64,000 bases of DNA from an uncultured Actinomycetes bacterium (GTDB lineage: Bacteria; Actinomycetota; Thermoleophilia; Gaiellales; Gaiellaceae): positions 340,776 to 404,775 of the forward strand of contig CAVRVP010000002.1 of NCBI GenBank assembly GCA_963724675.1. The letters run 5' to 3'. The notes below the pieces were generated by a model. That model was not told where the DNA came from. It made no database searches and worked only from the letters and a program-made list of their open reading frames with translations. Positions 29,551 to 38,468 of the stretch are shown piece by piece. The position numbers were made by a program, and so were the translations under genes. The first letter of the stretch is position 1. Every line of letters starts with the position of its first letter.

Positions 29551-30966
29551 GACGCGAGTAGCTCGGCGAGCGGGAACGACCGGTGCTGCCGCGGCGGCAC
29601 GAGGAAGTTCTGCCGGTGCGTCGTCTCGAGGACGATGTTGAAGCCCTGTTCGCGCGAGTGGTCCTCGAACTCGAGCGTCGTGCCGTCCGGCAGCACGCCG
29701 TCCATGGCCAGGCGGTTGCGGCGAAAGTCGTCGCTCGAGGGGTTGAAGACGGCGAAGTGGAGCCCGGCGGCCGGCTCTGCGCTGAAGGCGTCACGCGCGC
29801 GATCGGCGGTCCAGAAGAAGGGGTTGTCGAGCGTGTTGAAGTCGGCACGTTGCGGGATGCGCCGTGCCCTTCGGGTAGCGCGTCCCGTCAGGCCCCGTGA
29901 CCTCGGCCGCGAGGCGTGACGACGGCTGGATCGAGCCCGAGTGGCCAATCCGCTTGTACGACGCATAGTCGGCCGACACCTGTTGTGCGCTCTGTACGTC
30001 GTCGGGACCTTGGGCGACGGTCAGCGTGCCCTCCGCGACGTCGAGCCCCGGCCTGAACGTCGTGTCGACCCGCTCCTGGTGGTTGAACTGGAGGTACCAG
30101 AACTCGAGATCCTCGAAGAGGTGCGAGAGGTGCATGTTCGTCCCGTGGGCGAAGTAGCCCGCCGGGCCGAGGTCGATCCAGCCCAGAGTCTCGAAGTTCG
30201 CGATGCGGGTCGGCCCGAGGCCCTGCTTCTGCGTCGACGTGAAGCCGAGGAAGAGCTCGGACGTAGCGGGAATGAGATCCGCGCCGGGAATGCCTGCTGC
30301 CGTCGCCATCTGCTTCGGCAACCCGACCGAGCCGTCGAAGCCGCCGCCGGCGAATCCCTTGCGGATGCTCGTGATCGTGAACAGATCGTCCCCGTCCGGG
30401 AAGATCGTCTTCGCGCCCTCGCTGATCGCATCGAGCGTGTCGCTGCGCAGGAGCACGGCGACGTCGTTCGCTTCGAGGATCGTCCCGGACGGATCGCTCG
30501 GGAAGCGCTCCGCGTCGGCGAGGGCACGTACGGTCTTCGACGACGACGCCGTCGCGCGCTGGTCGACCGGAAGATGTCGCTGGGCCTGACCGCTCACGTA
30601 CCGGTCGAAGTACGGCAGTCCCCAGGCGACAGTCACTCCGAGACCGGCCGGCGTCGCCTCGAAGCGCTCGTCGAGCGCCCGCAACCGGTCCTCGAGCTCG
30701 GCCTGCGCGGCCCTCAGCTCGGCCGGCCGCTCGCCCACACGCACGGTCGCCGTGACGATCTGATGATGGAGCGGGGGCACGAGCACCTCGACGTCGTTGT
30801 CGACCACGACCCTGACGCCGTCGAGCAGGTGCTGCTCCGGCGTCAGCCCACCGGCTGCCGGCCTCGGAGGGGCGTCGGCGAGCTGGTCGACGAGCTCGTA
30901 GATGCCTGCCGCCGCCAGCGCCCCCGCCGCGGCGCCGCCGATGAGTTGACGGCGTGTGAGGCGCAC
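29547..30966 (-). CDS. Tat-signal exported protein, DyP-type peroxidase-like (EfeB-like, tentative); frame broken near 29860
   Basis: The GTG at 30966 opens VRLTRRQLIGGAAAGALAAAG (twin-arginine motif). AGYFAHGTNMHLSHLFEDLEFW and RIGHSGSIQPSSR resemble DyP C-terminal motifs. The tail is in track ORF 29547..29966. Confidence 0.45.
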
Positions 30967-30974
30967 GTGCGGCG

Positions 30975-31613
30975 TCAGACGGTCGGCTCGAGCGGTGCGA
31001 GCCGGCGCGCCATGCGATCGAGGTTCCGCACGACGTCCTTGTACGTGTACGGCGCGACGACGTGCTCGGAGATCGTGTACAGGGTGCCGTTCTTCCGCCA
31101 TGCGTAGAGCACGTGCCAGGCGTCGATGCCCTGATTCACGGTGTAGACGGTCGCCGTGAGGCCGCCGACCCTTCGCGTCTCGCGCTTGTCCGAGAAGCAC
31201 GGAACCGGCTTCCGCGACGTCTTGCCGCCGACCGTGAGCGTCTCCTCACAGGTCGGGATCGTCGTCCGTCCGGGATACCCGCGGAGGTTCACGTGCACCT
31301 CGCGCGAGACGCCCCCGTCGCTGTCGACCCAGAGGAAGCTGACGAGGTAGGACGAGTCCTTCTCGTCCACCCAGCGGCCGTTGTCGTACGAGCCGTCCAT
31401 GTCGCCGTCGAGCGGATACGGCAGCCAGCCCGGGCAGTAGACGGTCGCGCCGACGTCGTTCGCGAGTCGCTGCCAGTCGGCTCGCCATGCCTTCGGGCAC
31501 GACACGTGCTCGGCGGCGGTCGCGGATCCTGACGACGAGCCGCTGCCGCCACACCCCGCGATCGCGCCTGCCAGCGCTATGGCCAGCGTTGCAGTGACGA
31601 GCGCGCCTTTCAC
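30975..31613 (-). CDS. Lipoprotein of unknown function
   Basis: Intact track ORF of 212 aa with lipobox LAGAIAGC. It lies immediately upstream of, and co-oriented with, the Tat protein gene. Confidence 0.6.
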   Translation of the reverse strand: MKGALVTATLAIALAGAIAGCGGSGSSSGSATAAEHVSCPKAWRADWQRLANDVGATVYCPGWLPYPLDGDMDGSYDNGRWVDEKDSSYLVSFLWVDSDGGVSREVHVNLRGYPGRTTIPTCEETLTVGGKTSRKPVPCFSDKRETRRVGGLTATVYTVNQGIDAWHVLYAWRKNGTLYTISEHVVAPYTYKDVVRNLDRMARRLAPLEPTV

Positions 31614-31654
31614 GTGCGAAGAGGGTAGCCCCAGCGAACCGGCGGGGCCGGGTG

Positions 31655-32176
31655 CTACGAGCGGATGAGCACGGCGTCGACCCCCGCGCGTTCGAGCGCG
31701 TTGACGTCGTCCTCCGTCGGCGCAAGCAGTTCTGCGACGGCGAGCTTCCCGGCGGGGACGTCCGGGAGCAGCTCCAGCACGCGGTCGACGGCATCGGCGT
31801 CAGGCTCGACGTCGCGGGTCGAGAGCAAGACGATCTCGGGATCGAGCTCGGCGAGCACACGCTCGAGCTCTTCCTCGTCCCGGACGTCGACGACGCATTC
31901 CAACCCGAGGGCGAGCGCCTCCTCGTAGCGATCGACGAGCGCGTCACCGTGGCTCTCCGCGACCAGGAGCCAGGCATCGGCACCCGCCCGCTCGGCGTCG
32001 GCCGGCGAGTCCCCTCGCGCCACAACCGGCACTGCCGACGTGGCCGGGACCGCATGCGGCGCCGCGACGAACGCCCTCGCATCGAGATCGGCGACATCGC
32101 CACCGTCGAGCTCGACGAGGATCGAGATGCCGTCTCCCTCGGAGATCGACTCGCTCAGGCGACGCCTACCGGGCAC
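31655..32176 (-). CDS. Short indole-3-glycerol-phosphate-synthase-like (TrpC-like TIM-barrel fragment) protein; start uncertain
   Basis: This is the C-terminal part of track ORF 31655..33019, taken from the in-frame GTG at 32176. Motifs: GADAWLLVAE, LGLECVVDVRDEEELERVL, EIVLLSTRDV, AGVDAVLIRS. Confidence 0.4.
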   Translation of the reverse strand: MPGRRRLSESISEGDGISILVELDGGDVADLDARAFVAAPHAVPATSAVPVVARGDSPADAERAGADAWLLVAESHGDALVDRYEEALALGLECVVDVRDEEELERVLAELDPEIVLLSTRDVEPDADAVDRVLELLPDVPAGKLAVAELLAPTEDDVNALERAGVDAVLIRS

Positions 32177-32205
32177 GAACGACGGATCGTAGACGGCCGG
32201 GCCGC

Positions 32206-33003
32206 TCAGCGCCCGATCGGGTGCCAGACGGTCTTCAGCTCGAGGAACGCCGCGATCTCCCACAGGCTCTGATCGCCGGCCGGCCCCCGAACGACGCGCT
32301 TGACGTTCTCCGCAGCGGCGCGTTCCAGGTCTTCCGTCAGGCCGTCTGCACCGGCGAGGTCGATGGCGTTCACGTCCATGTGCGACGCGAGCCACGGCGC
32401 GAGCTCCGCCTTCAGGCCGGTGAGGATGTTGACGACGCCACCCGGCAGATCGGACGTCGCGAGCACCTCCGCGAGCTCCATCGCCGCCAGCGGATGGCGT
32501 TCGGACGCGACGGCCACGACGGCGTTCCCGCTGACGATCGCCGGCGCGAGGCGCGCGACGATGCCCGCAAGCGGTGGCTCCTCGGGGCAGAGCGTTCCCA
32601 CGACCCCGGTCGGCTCGGGAACCGTGAAGTTGAAGTACGGCCCGGACACCGGGTTCGCCGAGCCCAGGGCCTGGGCGAGCTTGTCGGCCCAGCCGGCGTA
32701 CCAGACCATCGTGTCGACGGCCGCGTCGACCTCCTCCGGCCCCGACGACACGGCGGCGAGGTCGGCCCTTCGCGCCTCCATCATCTCGGCGGCGCGGTAG
32801 AGGATCTGCCCACGGTTGTAGGCGGTGCGCCCGGACCAGCCGGGGAACGCCTCGCGCGCGGCTCGCACCGCATCCCGCACGTCCTTGCGCGACGCGCGCG
32901 CGATGTTCTGCCCTTCGACCTCGAGCGAGCGTCCCGACTCGGAGCGCGGAAAGGCGCCGCCGATGTAGAGCTTGTACGTCTTCTTGACGGGAAGTCGGGT
33001 CAT
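32206..33003 (-). CDS. Truncated aldehyde dehydrogenase-family protein (NAD-binding half plus C-terminal tail, no catalytic Cys/Glu region)
   Basis: Starts at the ATG at 33003 in the frame of track ORF 32206..33597. Motifs: MTRLPVKKTYKLYIGGAF.., LCPEEPPLAGIVARLAPAIVSGNAVV, LPGGVVNILTG, ending LELKTVWHPIGR. Only 265 aa. Confidence 0.6.
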   Translation of the reverse strand: MTRLPVKKTYKLYIGGAFPRSESGRSLEVEGQNIARASRKDVRDAVRAAREAFPGWSGRTAYNRGQILYRAAEMMEARRADLAAVSSGPEEVDAAVDTMVWYAGWADKLAQALGSANPVSGPYFNFTVPEPTGVVGTLCPEEPPLAGIVARLAPAIVSGNAVVAVASERHPLAAMELAEVLATSDLPGGVVNILTGLKAELAPWLASHMDVNAIDLAGADGLTEDLERAAAENVKRVVRGPAGDQSLWEIAAFLELKTVWHPIGR

Positions 33004-33110
33004 TGGCCCTTCTGGACACCTGCGTAGGTACCCGTGACCTCCTCCCCGCGTCGATCGTAGCGCCGCTCGACGCGCGCGCCGGTCGCGACTTCGTGCCGAG
33101 TCTGCGCCAT
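33000..33110 (-). CDS. Candidate 36-aa small ORF (MAQTRHEVATGARVERRYDRRGEEVTGTYAGVQKGQ)
   Basis: It fills the 118-nt gap between the two ALDH genes. Its TGA overlaps the downstream ATG as ATGA. The SD is weak and no homology is recognised. Confidence 0.2.
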   Translation of the reverse strand: MAQTRHEVATGARVERRYDRRGEEVTGTYAGVQKGQ

Positions 33111-33121
33111 TCGCCGCTCGG

Positions 33122-34597
33122 TCACTCGAACTCCAGGTACGGCTCCAGGCCGTGCAGGCCGCCCTCGCGCCCGAACCCCGACTCCTTGTAGCCGCCGAAC
33201 GGCGACGCGGGGTCGAAGCGGTTGTACGTGTTCGCCCAGACCACGCCGGCGCGGAGCCGCTCTGCCATCCAGAGGATGCGCGAGCCCTTGTCCGTCCAGA
33301 CGCCGGCCGACAGGCCGTACGGCGTGTTGTTCGCCTTCTCCACGGCCTCGTCCGGCGTCCGGAACGTGAGGACGGAGAGCACCGGGCCGAAGATCTCCTC
33401 CTGGGCGATCCGGTAGCTCTGCGCAACGTCTGTGAAGACCGTCGGCGCGAACCAGTAGCCGCGCTCGGGGAGCCGGCACGGCGGCTGGAAGATCTCCGCG
33501 CCCTCCTCCTCCCCCGCCCGCACGAGCTCGGCGATCTTGTCGAGCTGCTGCCGCGAGTTGATGGCGCCGATGTCCGTGTTCTTGTCGAGCGGGTCACCGA
33601 CGCGAAGCGTCCCCATGCGGCGCTTGAGCTTGCGGATGACGTCCTCGTAGACCGACTCCTGCACGAGCAAGCGGCTGCCCGCGCAGCAGACGTGTCCCTG
33701 GTTGAAGTAGATGCCGTTGACGATGCCCTCGACCGCCTGGTCGAGAGGGGCGTCGTCGAAGATGACGTTCGCCGCCTTGCCGCCGAGCTCGAGCGTGAGC
33801 TTCTTGGCCGTGCCGGCGACCTGGCGCCGGATCGCCTTGCCGACCTCGGTCGAGCCCGTGAACGCGATCTTGGCCACGTCCGACTCGACGAGATCCGCTC
33901 CCGTGCGGCCGTCGCCGGTGACGATGTTGACGACGCCGGCGGGGATCTCGGCCTGGCGGAGCACGTCGCAGAAGAGAAGCGCCGTGAGCGGCGTCGTCTC
34001 TGCGGGCTTCAGCACGACGGTGTTGCCCGTCGCGAGCGCGGGAGCGATCTTCCAGGCGAGCATGAGGAGCGGGAAGTTCCACGGGATGATCTGGCCGGCG
34101 ACACCGAGCGGGCGTGGGATGCGATTCGGGAACGCGTACTCGAGCTTGTCCGCCCACCCGGCGTAGTAGAAGAAGTGCGCCGCGGCGAGTGGGAGATCGA
34201 CGTCGCGCGACTCGCGGATCGGCTTGCCGCCGTTCAGCGACTCGAGCACCGCGAACTCGCGGGAGCGCTCCTGGAGGATGCGCGCGATCCGGAACAGGTA
34301 CTTGGCCCGCTCCGAGCCGGGCAGCGCCGACCAGCCGTCCTCGAAGGCCGACTGCGCGGCGTCCACCGCGAGGCGCACGTCCTCTGGGCCTGCGTGGGCG
34401 ATCTCGGCGAGGGGCTCCTCGGTGGCGGGGCTGATCGTGGTGTACCACTCGCCCGACCGCGGCTCGAGCCACTGGCCGCCGATGAAGAGGCCGTAGCGCT
34501 CGTCGATCGAGACGATCTCGCGCGCCTCGGGGGCGTCGGCGTAGTCCCAACCGGCCGGGACCGGCGTCGCAGTCTGCGTCTTCTCGAGGTCAGTCAA
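33122..34597 (-). CDS. Aldehyde dehydrogenase family protein (NAD(P)-dependent)
   Basis: Intact track ORF of 491 aa. Motifs: IIPWNFPLLMLAWKIAPALATGNTVVLKPAE, LELGGKA, NQGHVCCAGSRLLV, EEIFGPV. Confidence 0.9.
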   Translation of the reverse strand: MTDLEKTQTATPVPAGWDYADAPEAREIVSIDERYGLFIGGQWLEPRSGEWYTTISPATEEPLAEIAHAGPEDVRLAVDAAQSAFEDGWSALPGSERAKYLFRIARILQERSREFAVLESLNGGKPIRESRDVDLPLAAAHFFYYAGWADKLEYAFPNRIPRPLGVAGQIIPWNFPLLMLAWKIAPALATGNTVVLKPAETTPLTALLFCDVLRQAEIPAGVVNIVTGDGRTGADLVESDVAKIAFTGSTEVGKAIRRQVAGTAKKLTLELGGKAANVIFDDAPLDQAVEGIVNGIYFNQGHVCCAGSRLLVQESVYEDVIRKLKRRMGTLRVGDPLDKNTDIGAINSRQQLDKIAELVRAGEEEGAEIFQPPCRLPERGYWFAPTVFTDVAQSYRIAQEEIFGPVLSVLTFRTPDEAVEKANNTPYGLSAGVWTDKGSRILWMAERLRAGVVWANTYNRFDPASPFGGYKESGFGREGGLHGLEPYLEFE

Positions 34598-35529
34598 CGG
34601 TGAAGTAGTCCGGGCCCTGGTAGTGCCCCGTCTTCTCCTTGTGGATCTGCATCAGCACGTCGTTGAGGAGCGACGATGCTCCCAGGCGGTAGAGGTCGGG
34701 CGTCAGCCAGTCGGGGCCGAGTGTCTCGTAGAGCTGCACGAGGTACTGCACAGCCTGCTTCGCGCGCCGGATGCCGCCGGCCGGCTTCATGCCCACCATC
34801 CGACCGGTCTCGTCGTACACGTCCCGGATCGCCTCGAGCATGACGAGCGTCACGGGAAGCGTCGCGGCCTGCGGAAGCTTGCCGGTCGACGTCTTGATGA
34901 AGTCGGCGCCCGCCGCCATGGCGAGGATCGAGGCGCGCCGGACGTTGTCGTACGTGCCGAGCTCGCCGACCTCGAGGATCACCTTCAGGTGCGCGTCACC
35001 GGCTGCGGCCTTCACGCGACATGATCTCGTCGTACACACGCGCGTACCGGCCGGAGAGGAAGGCACCGCGGTCGATGACCATGTCGACCTCGTCCGCCCC
35101 CATCGCGACGACCTCCTCCGTCTCGCGCACCTTCACGTCGATCGGAGACTGGCCCGACGGGAACGCCGTGGCCACGGACGCAACCTTCACGCCCGTGCCG
35201 CGCAGCCGCTCGACGGCCGTCGGCACGAGATTCGGGTAGACGCACACGGCGGCCACCGACGGCGTCGTCGGGTCGGACGGATCCGGCCGGACGGCCTTGG
35301 AACAGATCGCGCTGACCTTGCCAGGGGTGTCCTGGCCCTCGAGCGTCGTGAGATCCATCATGCGGATCGCGAGCTCGAGCGCGAAGAGCTTCGACTCCCG
35401 TTTGATCGAGCGCGACGCGAGCGCCGCCGCGCGCGCTTCGACCGCAACTTCGTCGATCGAGCCGATGCGGGGCAGGCGCGGCTCGAGCGGCAGCTCGAAT
35501 CCACGGGCGAGCACGGGGCTCTGGGCCAT
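34590..35529 (-). CDS. deoC: Deoxyribose-phosphate aldolase; frame broken near 35017
   Basis: The ATG at 35529 opens MAQSPVLARGF..MDLTTLEG..VAAVCVYP..VATAFPSG in track ORF 34996..35715. The gene continues as LKVILEVGEL..ADFIKTSTGK (Schiff-base Lys)..GMKPAGGIR in 34590..35066. Confidence 0.85.
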
Positions 35530-35581
35530 GCCCTGAGTGTAGTCCTGGGCGGGCGCCACACGGCCGGCCGGGTTCGGGCAT

Positions 35582-36106
35582 ATGCTCCGCCGACTACCCA
35601 CCAATCGCCGGAGGGCACCAGTGAAGAACGCAGCAGCCATCCTCATCGTCCTTGTCAGCGCAATCGCCATCGCCGGATGCGGCGGCGGCGGAGGCAGTAG
35701 CGACGCGCTGTCCAAGGAGGACTACGAGTCACAGATGCAGGCGCTCCAGGCCGACCTCAGCACGACCGGGGACGAGCTCCAGCAGGCGTTCTCCGACCCA
35801 TCGGACGTCAACGCGATGGCTGACGGGCTGAACAAGGCGGCCGATCTGCTCGACGAGGCATCGACGAGCCTCGCAGACATCACCCCGCCGGACGACGTGG
35901 CCGAGCCTCACCAGGCGATGATCGACCAGTCTGCGGCAGCCGCGGACAAGATTCGGGAGTTCGCGAACGACGTGAAGACGAAGCCGCTGGCGGAGCTCCA
36001 GTCCTCGCTCGCCGAGTTCGGCAACCTCGAGGAGTTCGCGGCGCTCCAGAAAGCCGTGAGCGACATCCAGGCGAAGGGCTACGACATCGGCGGCACGGGA
36101 AGCTGA
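35582..36106 (+). CDS. Lipoprotein of unknown function
   Basis: Intact track ORF of 174 aa with lipobox AIAGCGGGGG. An alternative GTG start is at about 35621. Confidence 0.55.
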   Translation: MLRRLPTNRRRAPVKNAAAILIVLVSAIAIAGCGGGGGSSDALSKEDYESQMQALQADLSTTGDELQQAFSDPSDVNAMADGLNKAADLLDEASTSLADITPPDDVAEPHQAMIDQSAAAADKIREFANDVKTKPLAELQSSLAEFGNLEEFAALQKAVSDIQAKGYDIGGTGS

Positions 36107-36146
36107 ACGGATCGGCTCGGGCTCTGGGCTCGCCTTCTGGGCACGC

Positions 36147-37007
36147 CTAGAGTCCGAGCCGCTCCAGCAACGCCTCGTCACGACGCCAGCGTGGGCGCAC
36201 CTTGACGAGCAAGTCGAGGTAGACCTCTCGGCCGAGCAGCTGCTCGATCTCGGGGCGCGCGCGAATGCCGATCTCCTTCACGATGCGGCCGCCCTTCCCG
36301 ACGACGATCTGCTTCTGAGACTCCGTCTCGACGACGACCGCGGCGCGCACGAGCGCGTCCGTCACCTCCTCGACATCCACGTAGATCGCGTGCGGCACCT
36401 CCTCCCGCGTGAGCGCAAGCGCCTTCTCGCGCACGAGCTCGGCGATCTGCGTCTCCGTGGACAGGTCCGTACGCGAGTCGGTCGCGAAGTACGCGGGGCC
36501 TTCAGCGAGCAGCGAGATGAGCTCGTCGCGGAGCTCACCGATGCCGTCACCCGTCTTCGCGCTCACGGGATGGAGGGCGTGGAACGACCCGAGCTTTGCC
36601 GCCGCCATCATCTGCTGAGCGACGTGGCTCGGCTTGAGCCGGTCGACCTTGTTGACGACGATCACGACGGGCACGCCGAGCCCGAACACCCGCTCGGCGA
36701 TGAAGCGGTCGCCGGCGCCGATCCGCTCGCGGCAGTCGACGACGAAGGCCACGGCGTCGACGTCCTCGAAACCTCGGTCGACAGTCCTCTGCATCCGCTC
36801 CGTCAACGCGTCGCGCGGGCGCTGGAAGCCCGGAAGGTCCGACAGCACGAGCTGGTAGCCGTCGCCGTTCGCGACGCCGAAGATCCGCCTTCGCGTCGTC
36901 TGCGGCTTGTCGGAGACGATCGCCACCTTGCCGCCGCACAGCGCGTTCACGAGCGTCGACTTGCCGACGTTGGGCCGTCCCGCGACGGCGACGAAGCCCG
37001 ATCTCAC
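36147..37007 (-). CDS. era: GTPase Era
   Basis: Starts at the GTG at 37007, overlapping the cdd stop (GTGA). Motifs: GRPNVGKSTL, DLPG, NKVD, and a KH domain VVGKGGRIVKEIG. Confidence 0.9.
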   Translation of the reverse strand: MRSGFVAVAGRPNVGKSTLVNALCGGKVAIVSDKPQTTRRRIFGVANGDGYQLVLSDLPGFQRPRDALTERMQRTVDRGFEDVDAVAFVVDCRERIGAGDRFIAERVFGLGVPVVIVVNKVDRLKPSHVAQQMMAAAKLGSFHALHPVSAKTGDGIGELRDELISLLAEGPAYFATDSRTDLSTETQIAELVREKALALTREEVPHAIYVDVEEVTDALVRAAVVVETESQKQIVVGKGGRIVKEIGIRARPEIEQLLGREVYLDLLVKVRPRWRRDEALLERLGL

Positions 37008-37381
37008 AGCTCGAACGTGTCGGGCAGGAGATCGGCGGGCGTCGCGACGACGAGCTCGCCGCCCGCCCGCGCGTAGACGACCCGGTCGAGGCCGAGCTCG
37101 TGGAGCCACTGGCGGCAGCCGCCGCACGGCGACGCCGTGATCGCGATCAGCTCGAAGTCGCCTGCGTGGCAGCCGGCCGTGATCGCACCCGTGAGCGCCG
37201 ACTTCTCCGCGCAGACGCCGAGCGGGTACGCGGCGTTCTCGACGTTGACACCGAGGAACACCCGGCCGTCACGCGTCCGCACGGCCGCGCCGACGAGGAA
37301 TCGCGAGTACGGGGCATACGCGTTGCTCGCAACCTCGACCGCGGCGTCGTAGAGCGACCGGTCGGCAGCGTCGATCGCCAT
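37004..37381 (-). CDS. cdd: Cytidine deaminase
   Basis: Last 125 codons of track ORF 37004..38113. Motifs: MAIDAADRS.., VENAAYPLGVCAEKSA, PCGGCRQWL. Confidence 0.85.
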   Translation of the reverse strand: MAIDAADRSLYDAAVEVASNAYAPYSRFLVGAAVRTRDGRVFLGVNVENAAYPLGVCAEKSALTGAITAGCHAGDFELIAITASPCGGCRQWLHELGLDRVVYARAGGELVVATPADLLPDTFEL

Positions 37382-38097
37382 CAGTCGAAGAACAGCTGGA
37401 AGACGACGAGCGTGACGAGCGCGCCGAGCAGGGCGCCGTACGTCACCTCGAGCGCCGAGTGGAAGCCGGCTTCGACACGCGTCTGGGCTACGAGGAGAGC
37501 CATGAGCAGCATGATCGACGAGACGAGGAATCGGTGCTCCCCTTCGCCGACGATGTACGTCACGGCCATCCAGCCGGCGAACGCGATCGCAGCGTGCCCG
37601 GACGGGAGGCCGCCGCGCAGCGGCGTGCCGCGCCCCGTCCACGCTTTCGTCGCGACGACGACGAGCGTCACGAGCACGAGGGCGGCCGCGGTCATGGTCA
37701 CCGGCGCGTTGCGAAGCCGGTCGAGCGCGCTCGTCGCGGGATCTGAGATCTGCCGGGCGAACACGAGATACCCCACGCCGACGGCGGTGATCGCGGCGAT
37801 CAGGACGGCCCCGGCGGCGATGTCCTTCGCGAGCTTCGCCAGCGGGTCGAACGAGGTCGTCGAGACGTCGATCGCCTGCTCGACGGCGGAGTTGATCATC
37901 TCCGCGACGAGGACGAACGAGATGGCGATCATGAGCGCGATCAGCTCGAAGCGCGTGACGCCCTCCCAGACGGCGGCCACGAGAACGATGATCGCGACGG
38001 CGAAGTGGATGCGCATGTTCCGGTGCGTCCGGAGGACGTGGATGATCCCCTCGATCGCGTGGTTGAAGCTCTCGATCAGCGACAGGCTTCGCCTCAC
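37381..38097 (-). CDS. dgkA: Fusion of a DgkA-type (diacylglycerol/undecaprenol) kinase domain and a PAP2 phosphatase domain
   Basis: Intact track ORF of 238 aa. N-terminal SFNHAIEGIIHVLRTHRNMRIH..AEMINSAVE; C-terminal PAP2 motifs PSGHAA and TRVEAGFHSALEV. Confidence 0.8.
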   Translation of the reverse strand: MRRSLSLIESFNHAIEGIIHVLRTHRNMRIHFAVAIIVLVAAVWEGVTRFELIALMIAISFVLVAEMINSAVEQAIDVSTTSFDPLAKLAKDIAAGAVLIAAITAVGVGYLVFARQISDPATSALDRLRNAPVTMTAAALVLVTLVVVATKAWTGRGTPLRGGLPSGHAAIAFAGWMAVTYIVGEGEHRFLVSSIMLLMALLVAQTRVEAGFHSALEVTYGALLGALVTLVVFQLFFD

Positions 38098-38468
38098 GCG
38101 TATCGCTCCTCACGCGCCGTCATCTCCGCTCCGTGGTCGTACCCGAGCAGGTGGAGCGCCCCGTGGACGAGCCGCGGCTGCCACGCGTCGCCTGTCACCG
38201 CGGGGCAGATGACACAGTCGCCGAGCTGGCGCGGCAGGCCTGCGGGGAGGTCGTCGCGGCCGTCGATCGGGAACGACAGGACGTCCGTCGTCTCGTCGAT
38301 TCCGAGATGGTCGCGTTTGAGCGAGCGCATCTCGTCCGGGCCGACGAACGCGACCCCGAGCTCGCCTTCCTCGACTCCCTCGCCCTGGAGAACACGCCGG
38401 GCGAGCGCGACCACCGCGGGCTCGTCGATCTCGACCCCGCTCCGATTCACGACCTCGACCACGAGCAC
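38094..38468 (-). CDS. ybeY: rRNA maturation RNase YbeY
   Basis: Starts at the GTG at 38468 within track ORF 38094..39146. The Zn motif is HGALHLLGYDH, and the stop overlaps the dgkA start. Confidence 0.8.
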   Translation of the reverse strand: MLVVEVVNRSGVEIDEPAVVALARRVLQGEGVEEGELGVAFVGPDEMRSLKRDHLGIDETTDVLSFPIDGRDDLPAGLPRQLGDCVICPAVTGDAWQPRLVHGALHLLGYDHGAEMTAREERYA

